DNA of 33,103 bases from an uncultured Clostridia bacterium (GCA_948505485.1 CAOPQH010000002.1:1-33103), one strand, 5' to 3'. Counted from the first letter of the stretch, positions 1-10,090 are shown. Translations and numbers: made by a program. Notes: a model not told the origin generated them from the sequence alone.

Positions 1-1036
1 TTTTTACAAATCCAATTTATGAATTTATCAATAATTTTGTGTAAATGGTTATTTTCTTTTTCTAAACCTTTAATTTTGCTTTTATATTTCCATTCTATAT
101 CAAATTCTTTTTCTTTATATTCCTTCTTAATTTGTTCTACTTCATTATGTAAATTTGCATTATCACTTATTATTTTATTTCTTTCTTTTTGGTAGTTTTC
201 TGCTTCTTCTATAACCTTTGTTTGTCTTGATAATTCCTTATGCAAATCCATATTATCTTGATATAAATTTTGGATTAAGTTATCTTTTGGTTTTATGATT
301 TCTTCTAAAATTTTTTCATCTCTTTTCTTTGATAATCTATTTATATTAATATCAGTAATGTCTGGAACATCTGGCAACTCTAATTTCATATTTTTTAAGA
401 TTTCTTTTGTCTGTTTAAAATTTGTTATCTTTTTGTATTCTTCAACAGAATAATGATGTCTATTAGTTTCTTCTTTTGGCAAACCTCTTTGCAAATCAAA
501 TCCATTTTGTATCATATACTTGTAAAAAGCATCTTGTAATTGTCTATAACTATCTTTTGCTTTCCAAAATTCACTACAAGCAAGTTTATCAATAGAATTT
601 CCTTTTTTATCAGTTGTATGAACTACTGGCAAAAAAATTAAGTGCATATGAGGTGTTTGTTCATCTCTATGCACTTTGGCAGATATTATATATTGTTCTC
701 CTAAATTTTTATATTCTACTACAAATTTATATGCAGTTTGAAAAAATCTTTTTGTTTCTCTCTCGCCTATTTTTTCAAAAAAATCATGATCTGATGTTAT
801 TATATATTCACAAGCTATATTACTTACAGTTTTTATTTGTCCTTTCAAATTATATTCTTTTCTTATTTTATCAAATTCTTTTTCGTAACTATATTGTGGT
901 GATTTTATTGAATAATTCAAATATGATTTTTCTTTATCTATATTATCATTTGAATAATTTTTATTTCTTCTTTCATTGTGTCTAAATATCCCTTTCAAAT
1001 TTTCTCTTTTGTATTTCTTATTATTGCATAGCTCAT
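1..1036 (-). pseudogene. mob: MobV-family (Mob/Pre) mobilisation relaxase. The C-terminus runs off the window, and there is an apparent 1-nt frameshift after codon 12.
   Basis: Absent from the ORF track because it has no stop in the window. Hand translation of the minus strand: ATG at 1036, preceded by AAGGAGGTA, gives MSYAIIRNTKEK then TGA at 997-995. The -1 frame continues NLKGIFRHNERRNKNY...AKVHRDEQTPHMHLIFLPVV, followed by a K/E-rich coiled-coil tail open to position 1. The MSYA N-terminus, RHNER and HxDExxPHxH match the MobV relaxase motifs as I recall them. Confidence 0.75.
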
Positions 1037-1094
1037 TTTTTACCTCCTTGCTCGTGCTAATAAACACGACTAAATTTTATATTTTTCTCCTTTT

Positions 1095-1130
1095 TTGAAT
1101 TGTGTTGTAACACAACTACAATACTTTTTT
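1095..1130 (-). promoter_or_regulatory. Candidate oriT (nested inverted repeat upstream of mob)
   Basis: aattgtgttgtaacacaactacaat contains the ttgtgtt/aacacaa inverted repeat. The minus-strand reading TAGTTGTGTTAC resembles the pMV158-type nick region TAGTGTG/TTA as I recall it. The position is about 60-90 nt upstream of the relaxase start. Confidence 0.3.
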
Positions 1131-1222
1131 AACGCTATTCGCTAAAAGTATTTGTTGTGGCAGGGAAAATTTATTTTTCCCCACACCCCTTTACCTAAAA
1201 AATATTTACATATTTTTTAGCT

Positions 1223-1307
1223 TTTAGTTAAAGTCACTGCATAAGACATCTGTAACAAGGATAGCTTGAACAGCTGTCTTAAATTGCTATTTGCAACTTT
1301 AACTAAA
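1223..1307. repeat. 85-nt long imperfect palindrome (candidate single-strand origin or structured RNA of the mobile element)
   Basis: The perfect 12-nt arms tttagttaaagt (1223-1234) and actttaactaaa (1296-1307) enclose a second stem, aagacatctgt/acagctgtctt, with one mismatch. Confidence 0.6.
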
Positions 1308-1351
1308 AAAAATCAGCTACATAAGTAGTTCATCTACTTGAGTTGCTGATT
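1303..1351 (-). terminator. Rho-independent terminator downstream of ORF 1356-1880
   Basis: Stems aatcagc/gctgatt and aagtag/ctactt. On the minus strand the hairpin is followed by a run of 8 T (plus-strand A run 1303-1310). Confidence 0.6.
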
Positions 1352-1355
1352 TTAT

Positions 1356-1880
1356 TTATACAAATGCATCTGCATTTGCATATAATTTAGTAAAGTCAAA
1401 GTTTGTATAATCTCTTCCCTTATAGTTCGATTTCTTATTGCTATTCGAACTATTATTATATATCTTTTTATTTTTTATATTATTTATTATATCTTTGTCA
1501 TTCTTATCTATAGGGCATAGTTGTTTTTGACTATCTGAATAGTTACTTTCTTCAATACCCTCTTGAATTTTTTGACTATACCTATTGATGTTTTCGACTA
1601 TAGGTATAATTTGTCTTTGTTCTATTTCTTTACTATCTGTTTTGTATTTTAACTTAATATTTACATATCCTTTATCTTTTAGTGAACTTATAATTTTAGA
1701 TACTCTTTCGTGTGTTACTTTTACAATGTTTGCAATATATTTATTACTTGCAAAGCAACTTTTAGTTTCTTCACTTAAATACAGAATTATTGCAAGTATT
1801 ATTTTTTCTTTATCTGATAAATCTTCATTTAATAAGATTTCTGCTGAAATCCATAATCCTTTTAATTTTTGCATTTGCAA
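1356..1880 (-). CDS. Winged-helix/HTH DNA-binding protein, possibly the replication or partition organiser of the mobile element
   Basis: 174-aa ORF with RBS AAAGGAGGA. The N-terminal 80 aa (LSDKEKIILAIILYLSEE..CFASNKYIANIVKVTHERVSKIISSLKDKGYV) looks like a wHTH domain. The C-terminal half is low-complexity and N/K-rich. Confidence 0.5.
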   Translation of the reverse strand: MQMQKLKGLWISAEILLNEDLSDKEKIILAIILYLSEETKSCFASNKYIANIVKVTHERVSKIISSLKDKGYVNIKLKYKTDSKEIEQRQIIPIVENINRYSQKIQEGIEESNYSDSQKQLCPIDKNDKDIINNIKNKKIYNNSSNSNKKSNYKGRDYTNFDFTKLYANADAFV

Positions 1881-1959
1881 TCCTCCTTTCGTTTGGTTTT
1901 ATTCGCTCCACGTTCAATTTTGTGGCTTTTTAAATTGTTTTTAGTATAAGTTTAGGTCA

Positions 1960-1996
1960 AAAAAATAAAGCCTTAAAATTTTACTTTTAAAGCTTT
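1960..1996 (-). terminator. Terminator downstream of ORF 2008-2283
   Basis: Hairpin aaagccttaaaa/ttttaaagcttt, followed on the minus strand by TTTATTTTTTT. Confidence 0.5.
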
Positions 1997-2007
1997 ATTA
2001 AAATATT

Positions 2008-2283
2008 TTATTTAATTACCAATCCCAACTTCACAACAGGATTTCTTTCACTCAAGAAAACTCCTTTTATTTCAATACTTTCTGGAATCGCACAAGCATT
2101 GCTCACACCAACTTGTCCATTTTTCTTACCGTTCTTTAGTGTTACATCCGTGTGTACTGTACTTTTACTTATTCCGTACTTTTTTGCTGTTCCACGAACT
2201 GTATCTTTTGAATCTATTATATAATGTGCAAGTGTTACTGCACGTTCTTCTATTGATATTCCTTTCATAAAGAAAACCCCCAT
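2008..2283 (-). CDS. Small HTH protein with a SpoIIID-like N-terminal half; the C-terminal half is unrelated
   Basis: Residues MKGISIEERAVTLAHYIIDSKDTVRGTAKKYGISKSTVHTDVT resemble the SpoIIID HTH (KSTVHKD motif, from memory). The likely true start is the internal Met at 2268. After DVT the similarity is lost. Confidence 0.45.
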   Translation of the reverse strand: MGVFFMKGISIEERAVTLAHYIIDSKDTVRGTAKKYGISKSTVHTDVTLKNGKKNGQVGVSNACAIPESIEIKGVFLSERNPVVKLGLVIK

Positions 2284-2450
2284 ATGAATACTTTTGTTTA
2301 ATTGTATTCGTATAAGGGTTGTATTAGAACTATTTCATTTTTCACTTTTATTTTTATATTGTTAATTTTTTGCATACAATAAATTATTTAGCATATTTTA
2401 TTTTTTTTTAGTTAATACTACTAATATATTTAAGTCTAAGGAGGATTTTA

Positions 2451-2885
2451 ATGGAAAATCAGAATTTGAATGTTTTAGATGAAGTTAATAAAGGTGCTAC
2501 TATGGGAATGGATGCAATTTCTTATGTATCTGACAAAGCAAAAGATGGAAATTTTAAAGATGTTTTAGATATTGAATACAATAAATACAAAAAGATTTCT
2601 AATAGAGTCAACCAACTATATAGTAATTATAGCAATAAAGAACCTCATGAAACAAATGCTATGAATAAAATGATGACTTGGTATGGTATACAAATGAAAA
2701 CTATGACTGATGATACAACTTCTAAATTGTCTGAATTATTAATGCAAGGTACTAATATGGGAATTATTGAGGGTAGAAGATTAATTAATCAAAATAATCA
2801 ACTTGCACAAGATGTTGAATCTATCTTAAATGATTTTGTTACTATGCAAGAAGATAGTGTAGAGACTTTAAAAAAATATTTATAA
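2451..2885 (+). CDS. Hypothetical all-helical protein (four-helix-bundle-like)
   Basis: 144-aa ORF with a strong RBS (AAGGAGGA, 7 nt upstream). It is the only convincing plus-strand gene. No family was recognised with confidence. Confidence 0.6.
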   Translation: MENQNLNVLDEVNKGATMGMDAISYVSDKAKDGNFKDVLDIEYNKYKKISNRVNQLYSNYSNKEPHETNAMNKMMTWYGIQMKTMTDDTTSKLSELLMQGTNMGIIEGRRLINQNNQLAQDVESILNDFVTMQEDSVETLKKYL

Positions 2886-2912
2886 AAGATGAAAAGTTAC
2901 TTTTCATCTTTT
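2884..2912. terminator. Bidirectional terminator between convergent genes
   Basis: Perfect 12-bp stem aaaagatgaaaa/ttttcatctttt with a 5-nt loop, flanked by A and T runs. Confidence 0.7.
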
Positions 2913-2920
2913 ATAAATTC

Positions 2921-4684
2921 CTATTTTTGTTTTAGCCTTAAATATCCTAATTCATTCCATACGTTATACGCTAGGTTTAATCTAAATAATACTTTTGGTT
3001 TTGCTCCTGCTCTGTTTTTATCTACAACGCATGCATAATATCTTACATCTGGATCTTTGAATTTTTCTAAATCAAAAAATTTTGTGTCTACTTCTTCTAA
3101 AGAGTATTCATAATCCTCTAAATTATCCCTATGTATTTGTTTTATTAAGCATAATGTATCTAATACCTCTTTTACTGTTCTACTAACAGCTAAATCATTT
3201 ATAGTTAAGTTTATTGGTAATGTATCTGTCTCTGTCAATTGTAAAGTTGCTCCTATGAAAATATTAAAATTTTGTGCTATATTAGAAAGAATTGTTGCTG
3301 TTTTCTTTAATTCCTCTCCTATTCCTATATTAGCTGTATCTGTTTTCATTGTATCATAGAAAACATATTCTATTTTTTCCTTATAGTAATAATTCATTAT
3401 TATCTTTTTTAACTCATCATTTGTGTGATCTGTAATATTTGCAAAATAGATTGAATTATTGATTTCTTTGTTTAGCCAATCAGTTGCATTTGTTACTTGA
3501 TTAAATTCTGTTGAAATTTTTTTCAATCTTTTAACAAATTGTTCTTGTGTTTCTTTTTCTTCTTTTATTATAAATCCTTTTTCATCAACTTTAACATCTT
3601 TAGGATCATCTGGTCTGAATTTAAATTCTAATAATTCTCCTTCTGTTTTTGATATTTTCTGTCCATGTAAATCTTGAATTGCTGTATTGTTTAATATTGT
3701 AGTTATTAAACATAATCTCATTTTTTCTTCTGACATTTCATTAGAAATAATTAATACTTTCTTTTTATGTACAAATGCTACCTGGCTTGCTAAATCTATT
3801 GTAAATCTACTTTTACCTGCATTTGATGGCATTGCAAATGCCATAGTTTCTCCTTTTCTCATGCCTTTAAAGACACTTGTTAATATTGGAAATGGTAAGT
3901 CTAATCCGTTTGTTAGGCTATTATCTCCTTTTAATAAAAAACTTGTTAAATTTTCATTTAACACTGCTTTTTTAAATTTGCTTGTAGCGCATACTTGTTC
4001 TACAGCACTTTCTACTTCTTCAACTGTCATTTTATCATATAATTCATAATTTGTAATATCTTTAACTATGTCTTTTAATTCTTTTATTGGTATTCTTAAA
4101 TAACTTCTTCTTAATGCAAATAATTTTTTTAATTCTATATAGTTTTTTTCTGTATCTACAGGTTGATTTCTTACCATACTTTCAAGTTCTTTTTTTAGTT
4201 GATTGCTTTCTAGTGTGTCTTTTGCAAAATTAAAATTATTTTTTGCTATCTCTGGTGCATATGCTTGCCCCTCTGTAAATAAAATACTTTTATAAATATT
4301 TAAAAGTATTTCTTCCTCAAATGCAACTTCATCATGTAGAAAATAATACATAGATATAGCTTTAGGATTGTTTAATAACATTCCTATATAATTTCTTTCA
4401 AGTTCTTTATTTTTTAGTTCTTTTGGGTATATGCCATCTGTTTCTTCTTTTATTTCTATCTTTTTTACTTTTTCTTTTTTCGTGTTATTCTCTTTTTGAT
4501 TTATTTCTTCTTTTTTAGTATCTTTAGATTTATTTTTTCTAAGTTCTCTAATTTCTTCTAGCGCACTATCATAATCTTCTTGTTTTAATAATTCTCTTAT
4601 ATTATCTATTTTCTTTTTATTTTTTCCATTTCCTTGCATTATGTCTAAATAATTATATATTTTCTCTAATTCTTCTTCTCCCAT
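2921..4684 (-). CDS. Divergent DnaB-like replicative helicase family ATPase with a K/E-rich N-terminal extension
   Basis: 587 aa. Has a DnaB N-domain-like segment (NYIGMLLNNPKAISMYYFL), Walker A AMPSNAGKSRF, a Walker B-like IEYVFYDTMK, and C-terminal VVDKNRAGAKPK resembling the DnaB arginine-finger region. It is longer and more divergent than a housekeeping DnaB. Confidence 0.6.
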   Translation of the reverse strand: MGEEELEKIYNYLDIMQGNGKNKKKIDNIRELLKQEDYDSALEEIRELRKNKSKDTKKEEINQKENNTKKEKVKKIEIKEETDGIYPKELKNKELERNYIGMLLNNPKAISMYYFLHDEVAFEEEILLNIYKSILFTEGQAYAPEIAKNNFNFAKDTLESNQLKKELESMVRNQPVDTEKNYIELKKLFALRRSYLRIPIKELKDIVKDITNYELYDKMTVEEVESAVEQVCATSKFKKAVLNENLTSFLLKGDNSLTNGLDLPFPILTSVFKGMRKGETMAFAMPSNAGKSRFTIDLASQVAFVHKKKVLIISNEMSEEKMRLCLITTILNNTAIQDLHGQKISKTEGELLEFKFRPDDPKDVKVDEKGFIIKEEKETQEQFVKRLKKISTEFNQVTNATDWLNKEINNSIYFANITDHTNDELKKIIMNYYYKEKIEYVFYDTMKTDTANIGIGEELKKTATILSNIAQNFNIFIGATLQLTETDTLPINLTINDLAVSRTVKEVLDTLCLIKQIHRDNLEDYEYSLEEVDTKFFDLEKFKDPDVRYYACVVDKNRAGAKPKVLFRLNLAYNVWNELGYLRLKQK

Positions 4685-4798
4685 TTTTCTCTCCTTGTAT
4701 ATACTTTGGATTTAAAATTAAGCTTAAATTTAAAATTTATCACATACCTAATATTATCTTTTATATTTTATTTATATAACAACTTTTATTAAAAATCA

Positions 4799-4829
4799 AT
4801 ACCATATAATATATTTTATTATATGGTAT
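4799..4829 (-). terminator. Terminator downstream of dprA
   Basis: Perfect 12-bp stem ataccatataat/attatatggtat, followed on the minus strand by TGATTTTTA. Confidence 0.6.
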
Positions 4830-4851
4830 CGTTTTTACTAAAAATCAAAAT

Positions 4852-5763
4852 CTATTCAATAAGTAAATTTTGAGTTTGAATCTCATTTCTATATTCTTTT
4901 AATATATCTGTGTATGATGTAATAACCTTTGCTCCTTGTTTTATTAATTCATTGGTTCCTTTTGAATTTTCAGAATTAATATTTCCTGGAACTACAAATA
5001 CATCTCTTCCTTGTTCTAAAGCAAAGTCTACTGTAATTAGCGTTCCACTTTTTTTCTTTGCTTCTACTACAATTACTGCATTACTCATTCCACTTATTAT
5101 TCTATTTCTTGCTGGAAAATTCATCTTTTCAGGTTTTACTCCTATAGGATATTCTGAAATTATACATCCATTTAATTCTAGTATTTTGTCCATAATCTTT
5201 TTATTTTCTTTTGGATATATTGTATCTAATCCATTACCTACAACTGCAATAGTTTTTCCTTTTGATAAAATTGCTCCTACATGTGAATAAGTATCAATTC
5301 CTTTTGCTAATCCACTTATTATATTTATATTTTCTTTAGATATATTATAAGAAAAATTTTGTGCAACCTTTTTACCATATTCACTACATTCTCTACATCC
5401 AATTATTGAAACTCCTATATTATTTAATATATCTTTATTTCCTTTATAATATAAAACTATAGGTGGATCATATATATTTTTTAATAGTTGAGGATATTCT
5501 TTATCTTCTATTGTAATAATTCCTATATTTTCTTTTATCATTTGTGACATATATAAATAAATATTATTTTTATAGCTTTTATTTAGTATTTCATTAACTG
5601 TTTTTTCTCCTATACCTTCAATTTTTAATAATTCTTTTTTGCTTAAATTCCAAATTGCTTTAGGGGTATTATATTTATTTAGCATCTTTTTTATTTTTAC
5701 ACTGCCTAAGTTTTTAATTAATGATAACCAAATCCAATATTTTTTGCTTTCTAAATCTATCAT
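4852..5763 (-). CDS. dprA: DNA processing protein DprA (Smf)
   Basis: 303 aa. N-terminal HhH/SAM-like region, then a Rossmann core with GLAKGIDTYSH and GNGLDTIYPKEN, which are typical DprA motifs. Confidence 0.85.
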   Translation of the reverse strand: MIDLESKKYWIWLSLIKNLGSVKIKKMLNKYNTPKAIWNLSKKELLKIEGIGEKTVNEILNKSYKNNIYLYMSQMIKENIGIITIEDKEYPQLLKNIYDPPIVLYYKGNKDILNNIGVSIIGCRECSEYGKKVAQNFSYNISKENINIISGLAKGIDTYSHVGAILSKGKTIAVVGNGLDTIYPKENKKIMDKILELNGCIISEYPIGVKPEKMNFPARNRIISGMSNAVIVVEAKKKSGTLITVDFALEQGRDVFVVPGNINSENSKGTNELIKQGAKVITSYTDILKEYRNEIQTQNLLIE

Positions 5764-6111
5764 TAAACCTTCTTTCTTGCCCCTATTTAATTTTTAACTC
5801 AAAATCATTTACAATTTTATACTCCATATCTGTTGTATGTATCTTAAAATTATCATATTCGCAAACATAACATAAGGTTTTCTACTTTACCTTTATTTTC
5901 ACAAAGTAATTGCTGACTTATCCGCTTTACCCATTTTCATGGTATCAACTACATATACTATGTAATGACAATTTCTCAACACAAATACATTATACTATAT
6001 ATTTTTTGAAAATGGAATATAAACATTCTTTTTTTATTTACTTATAGCTATATACTTTTTAATATTTTTTATACTCACTTCTGTTTATTTTTATAAAATT
6101 ATTAAAAATTT

Positions 6112-6603
6112 TTATTTATATTGTTGTAATTTTTCTTCTAACATTTTAAAATCACAACATCTATTAATTATTCTTTGTGGTAATTTTTTATTTATGACTC
6201 TATTGTATAAATTTTTAGCTCTATTTAGGATTATATTTGCATTTTTCTTTTCGTTACACCAATGTATTTGCTTATATAATAATGTTTTATATGTTTCATC
6301 TTGTTCATTTTCAACATCAATTTTTATACATTGCTCCATTGGAATTGGTATCATATTATTAAAGTTAATTGCTCCTAAACTTCCATTATCTATTTTTAAA
6401 AAGTCTATTGTGTTCTTCATTTTTAAGTGTTTCGGTTTAGGAGATGTGAATGGTGCAAAATATAATATTTCGTCTACTTTTAATACAATTCCTATAAATG
6501 GTCTTCTTGCTTTTTCATCATAGGATTTTGATATTCTTTTATCAAATTGGCTCATATATTTTACATATTCTTCTTTAACTATATAAAAATTTAATTTTTC
6601 CAT
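6112..6603 (-). CDS. toxN: Type III toxin-antitoxin toxin, ToxN/AbiQ-family endoribonuclease
   Basis: 163 aa. It aligns along its length with my recollection of Pectobacterium ToxN: FYIVKEEYVKYM vs FYTISSKYIEYL, RPFIGIVL vs KAFIGIVL, APFTSPKPKH vs APLTSPKKWH, MIPI vs MIPI, YKTLLYKQIHW vs YKRMLYKQLQF, CDFKMLEEK vs CNFSLLEEK. RBS AAGGAG. It lies directly downstream of the tandem repeats. Confidence 0.85.
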   Translation of the reverse strand: MEKLNFYIVKEEYVKYMSQFDKRISKSYDEKARRPFIGIVLKVDEILYFAPFTSPKPKHLKMKNTIDFLKIDNGSLGAINFNNMIPIPMEQCIKIDVENEQDETYKTLLYKQIHWCNEKKNANIILNRAKNLYNRVINKKLPQRIINRCCDFKMLEEKLQQYK

Positions 6604-6623
6604 TTATTGCTCCTTAATAAATT

Positions 6624-6645
6624 AGGATACCATTTCTGGTATCCC
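6624..6645 (-). terminator. Attenuator/terminator hairpin between the antitoxin repeats and toxN
   Basis: Stem ggatacc (6625-6631) / ggtatcc (6638-6644) with a 6-nt loop, followed on the minus strand by UAAUUUAUU and then the toxN RBS. This is the same architecture as described for toxIN. Confidence 0.55.
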
Positions 6646-6647
6646 TA

Positions 6648-6757
6648 CTTTTTTCGTTCTTCACTTTATGGTAGAAGTTCACCGCTTTTTTCGTTCCCCA
6701 CTTTATGGTAGAGGCTCACCGCTTTTTTCGTTCCTCACTTATGGTAGAGGCTTACCA
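6648..6757 (-). ncRNA. toxI: ToxI-like type III antitoxin RNA: three tandem 36-37-nt repeats
   Basis: Repeat units at 6648-6684, 6685-6721 and 6722-6757. Minus-strand unit: CGGTGAGCCTCTACCATAAAGTGGGGAACGAAAAAAG. Each unit is bounded by an A-run, and a partial AAAAAG precedes the first transcribed unit. It shares the GGTGA..CTACC.T.AAGTG....GAAA pattern with the 36-nt ToxI repeat as I recall it. Confidence 0.8.
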
Positions 6758-6800
6758 CTTTTTAAACAATAATCAAATTATTGTTTCTTTTATTATATTC

Positions 6801-6829
6801 ATTATAAATTATTTTATTACATTTGTCAA
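6801..6829 (-). promoter_or_regulatory. Consensus sigma-A promoter for the toxI-toxN transcript
   Basis: On the minus strand: TTGACA (6829-6824), an exactly 17-nt spacer, then TATAAT (6806-6801). A 10-bp perfect hairpin aaacaataat/attattgttt (6765-6787) lies between the promoter and the first repeat. Confidence 0.6.
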
Positions 6830-6899
6830 TTACTTTTACGTTAACTTTTGAGGTCCATTTGAAACCTCAAAGCAGTTTATACATAATGTTACACTGCTT

Positions 6900-7559
6900 T
6901 TATTCTATTTCTATACTTTCATCATTTTCTAATATTTCATATTCAACTTCATTTTTATCAAACATTTCTTTTACAAATTCAAAATCTACAGGATATTTAG
7001 GACTATCTGCATGTAGTGGTATTACTAATTTTGCATCAGTTTCTTTTGCAAATAATGAGGCTTCAAAAGCTCCCATTACTACTCCATAATCTGAAACTGG
7101 AATACATAAAACATCACATTTATATTCATTTTGGAAACAAATAGTATCGCTTGTTATATATACTCTCGTTTCGCCATCATCTATTATATATCCAATATTT
7201 TCAATAACCTTTGCTCCTGTTTTCATTATTGGTATATACCCATGTTCAGCATGTACTACTTCTATTTTTATTTTGTTTTCTACATTAATCATATCATTTT
7301 CTTTAACAATATTTATATCTAATGTTGGATGAGCATTTTTAACTTCATTACTTGAATAAACTTTAATATTTTTATCTAATTTTTCTAACACCTCTGTATT
7401 GCAATGGTCTCGATGTTTGTGTGTTATTAAAATTATATCTACAGTATTCCATATATCAAAATACTCCTCTTTATATTTTAAATTTCCTGGATCTACCAAT
7501 ATTTTCTTATCCTTTGTTTCTATTAATAAACATGATTGTGGAAATTTTGTAATTTTCAT
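6900..7559 (-). CDS. MBL-fold metallo-hydrolase
   Basis: 219 aa with the HxHxDH motif (ITHKHRDHCN) and later His/Asp ligands (HAEHG, PLHAD). Confidence 0.75.
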   Translation of the reverse strand: MKITKFPQSCLLIETKDKKILVDPGNLKYKEEYFDIWNTVDIILITHKHRDHCNTEVLEKLDKNIKVYSSNEVKNAHPTLDINIVKENDMINVENKIKIEVVHAEHGYIPIMKTGAKVIENIGYIIDDGETRVYITSDTICFQNEYKCDVLCIPVSDYGVVMGAFEASLFAKETDAKLVIPLHADSPKYPVDFEFVKEMFDKNEVEYEILENDESIEIE

Positions 7560-7709
7560 AATTTATCAAATCCTTTCTTTTATTAAACTTTATTAATTGT
7601 ATTTATTATTATCAAATATATCTAAAGAATATATATTGTTGTTTTCAATGTCATAAATTGTAACAATTTTTCTTTTATTCATACATCCCCTATTATATTT
7701 TATTTATTT

Positions 7710-7978
7710 TTAATCATTGACATTCCAGTCATTTGCAACTTTATACTCTATATCTTCCATATACGGAAAAATCTCTTTAACACGCTTTAATGTAAGCATT
7801 GACATTTTAGGCTGTGGATTTTTAGGATTGTCTGATAATAATTTTTGAGTATAACAATTTCTCGCTGTTTTAAACAATACATATCTATTATTTACATAGG
7901 TATAATATATTTGATACCCATTTTTTAAGTCTAGCCACATATTTTCAAATGTATATCCTTCCATAATTTCTCCTAACA

Positions 7979-7979
<1 letters not shown>
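7710..7979 (-). CDS. Hypothetical small protein translationally coupled to ligA
   Basis: The ATG overlaps the ligA stop (TAATG at 7977-7981). An alternative internal start lies 5 codons in, with an AGGAGA RBS. No family was recognised. Confidence 0.45.
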
Positions 7980-9976
<1,997 letters not shown>

Positions 9977-10090
9977 TTATTTTCTCCTTGTATAGTTTGA
10001 ACTTATTATATACAATTTTATAAAAAAAATAAAGTAAAATGTGTTAATAACTTATATTTTTTAATTATTATGTTTTATTTACTTAAAAAC

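Noticed and set aside
614-985. 123-aa plus-strand ORF from the track
   Set aside because: It lies antisense to the MobV relaxase frame. Its composition is low-complexity and F/L/Y/I-rich, typical of a shadow ORF in AT-rich DNA, and it has no RBS.
2008-2150. Frameshift that would restore a canonical SpoIIID C-terminus
   Set aside because: The alternative frames hit stop codons within a few codons (TKER then a stop) and show no SpoIIID-like sequence.
6648-6757. A tandem 37-nt repeat array could be mistaken for a small CRISPR array
   Set aside because: The units are contiguous with no spacers, and no cas genes are present. The array sits in the promoter, repeats, hairpin, ToxN arrangement typical of type III TA antitoxin RNA.
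7600-7683. 28-aa minus-strand mini-ORF (MNKRKIVTIYDIENNNIYSLDIFDNNKYN) between the MBL gene and the ligA-coupled ORF
   Set aside because: It has a weak, poorly spaced RBS and no recognisable features, so it is indistinguishable from chance in AT-rich DNA.
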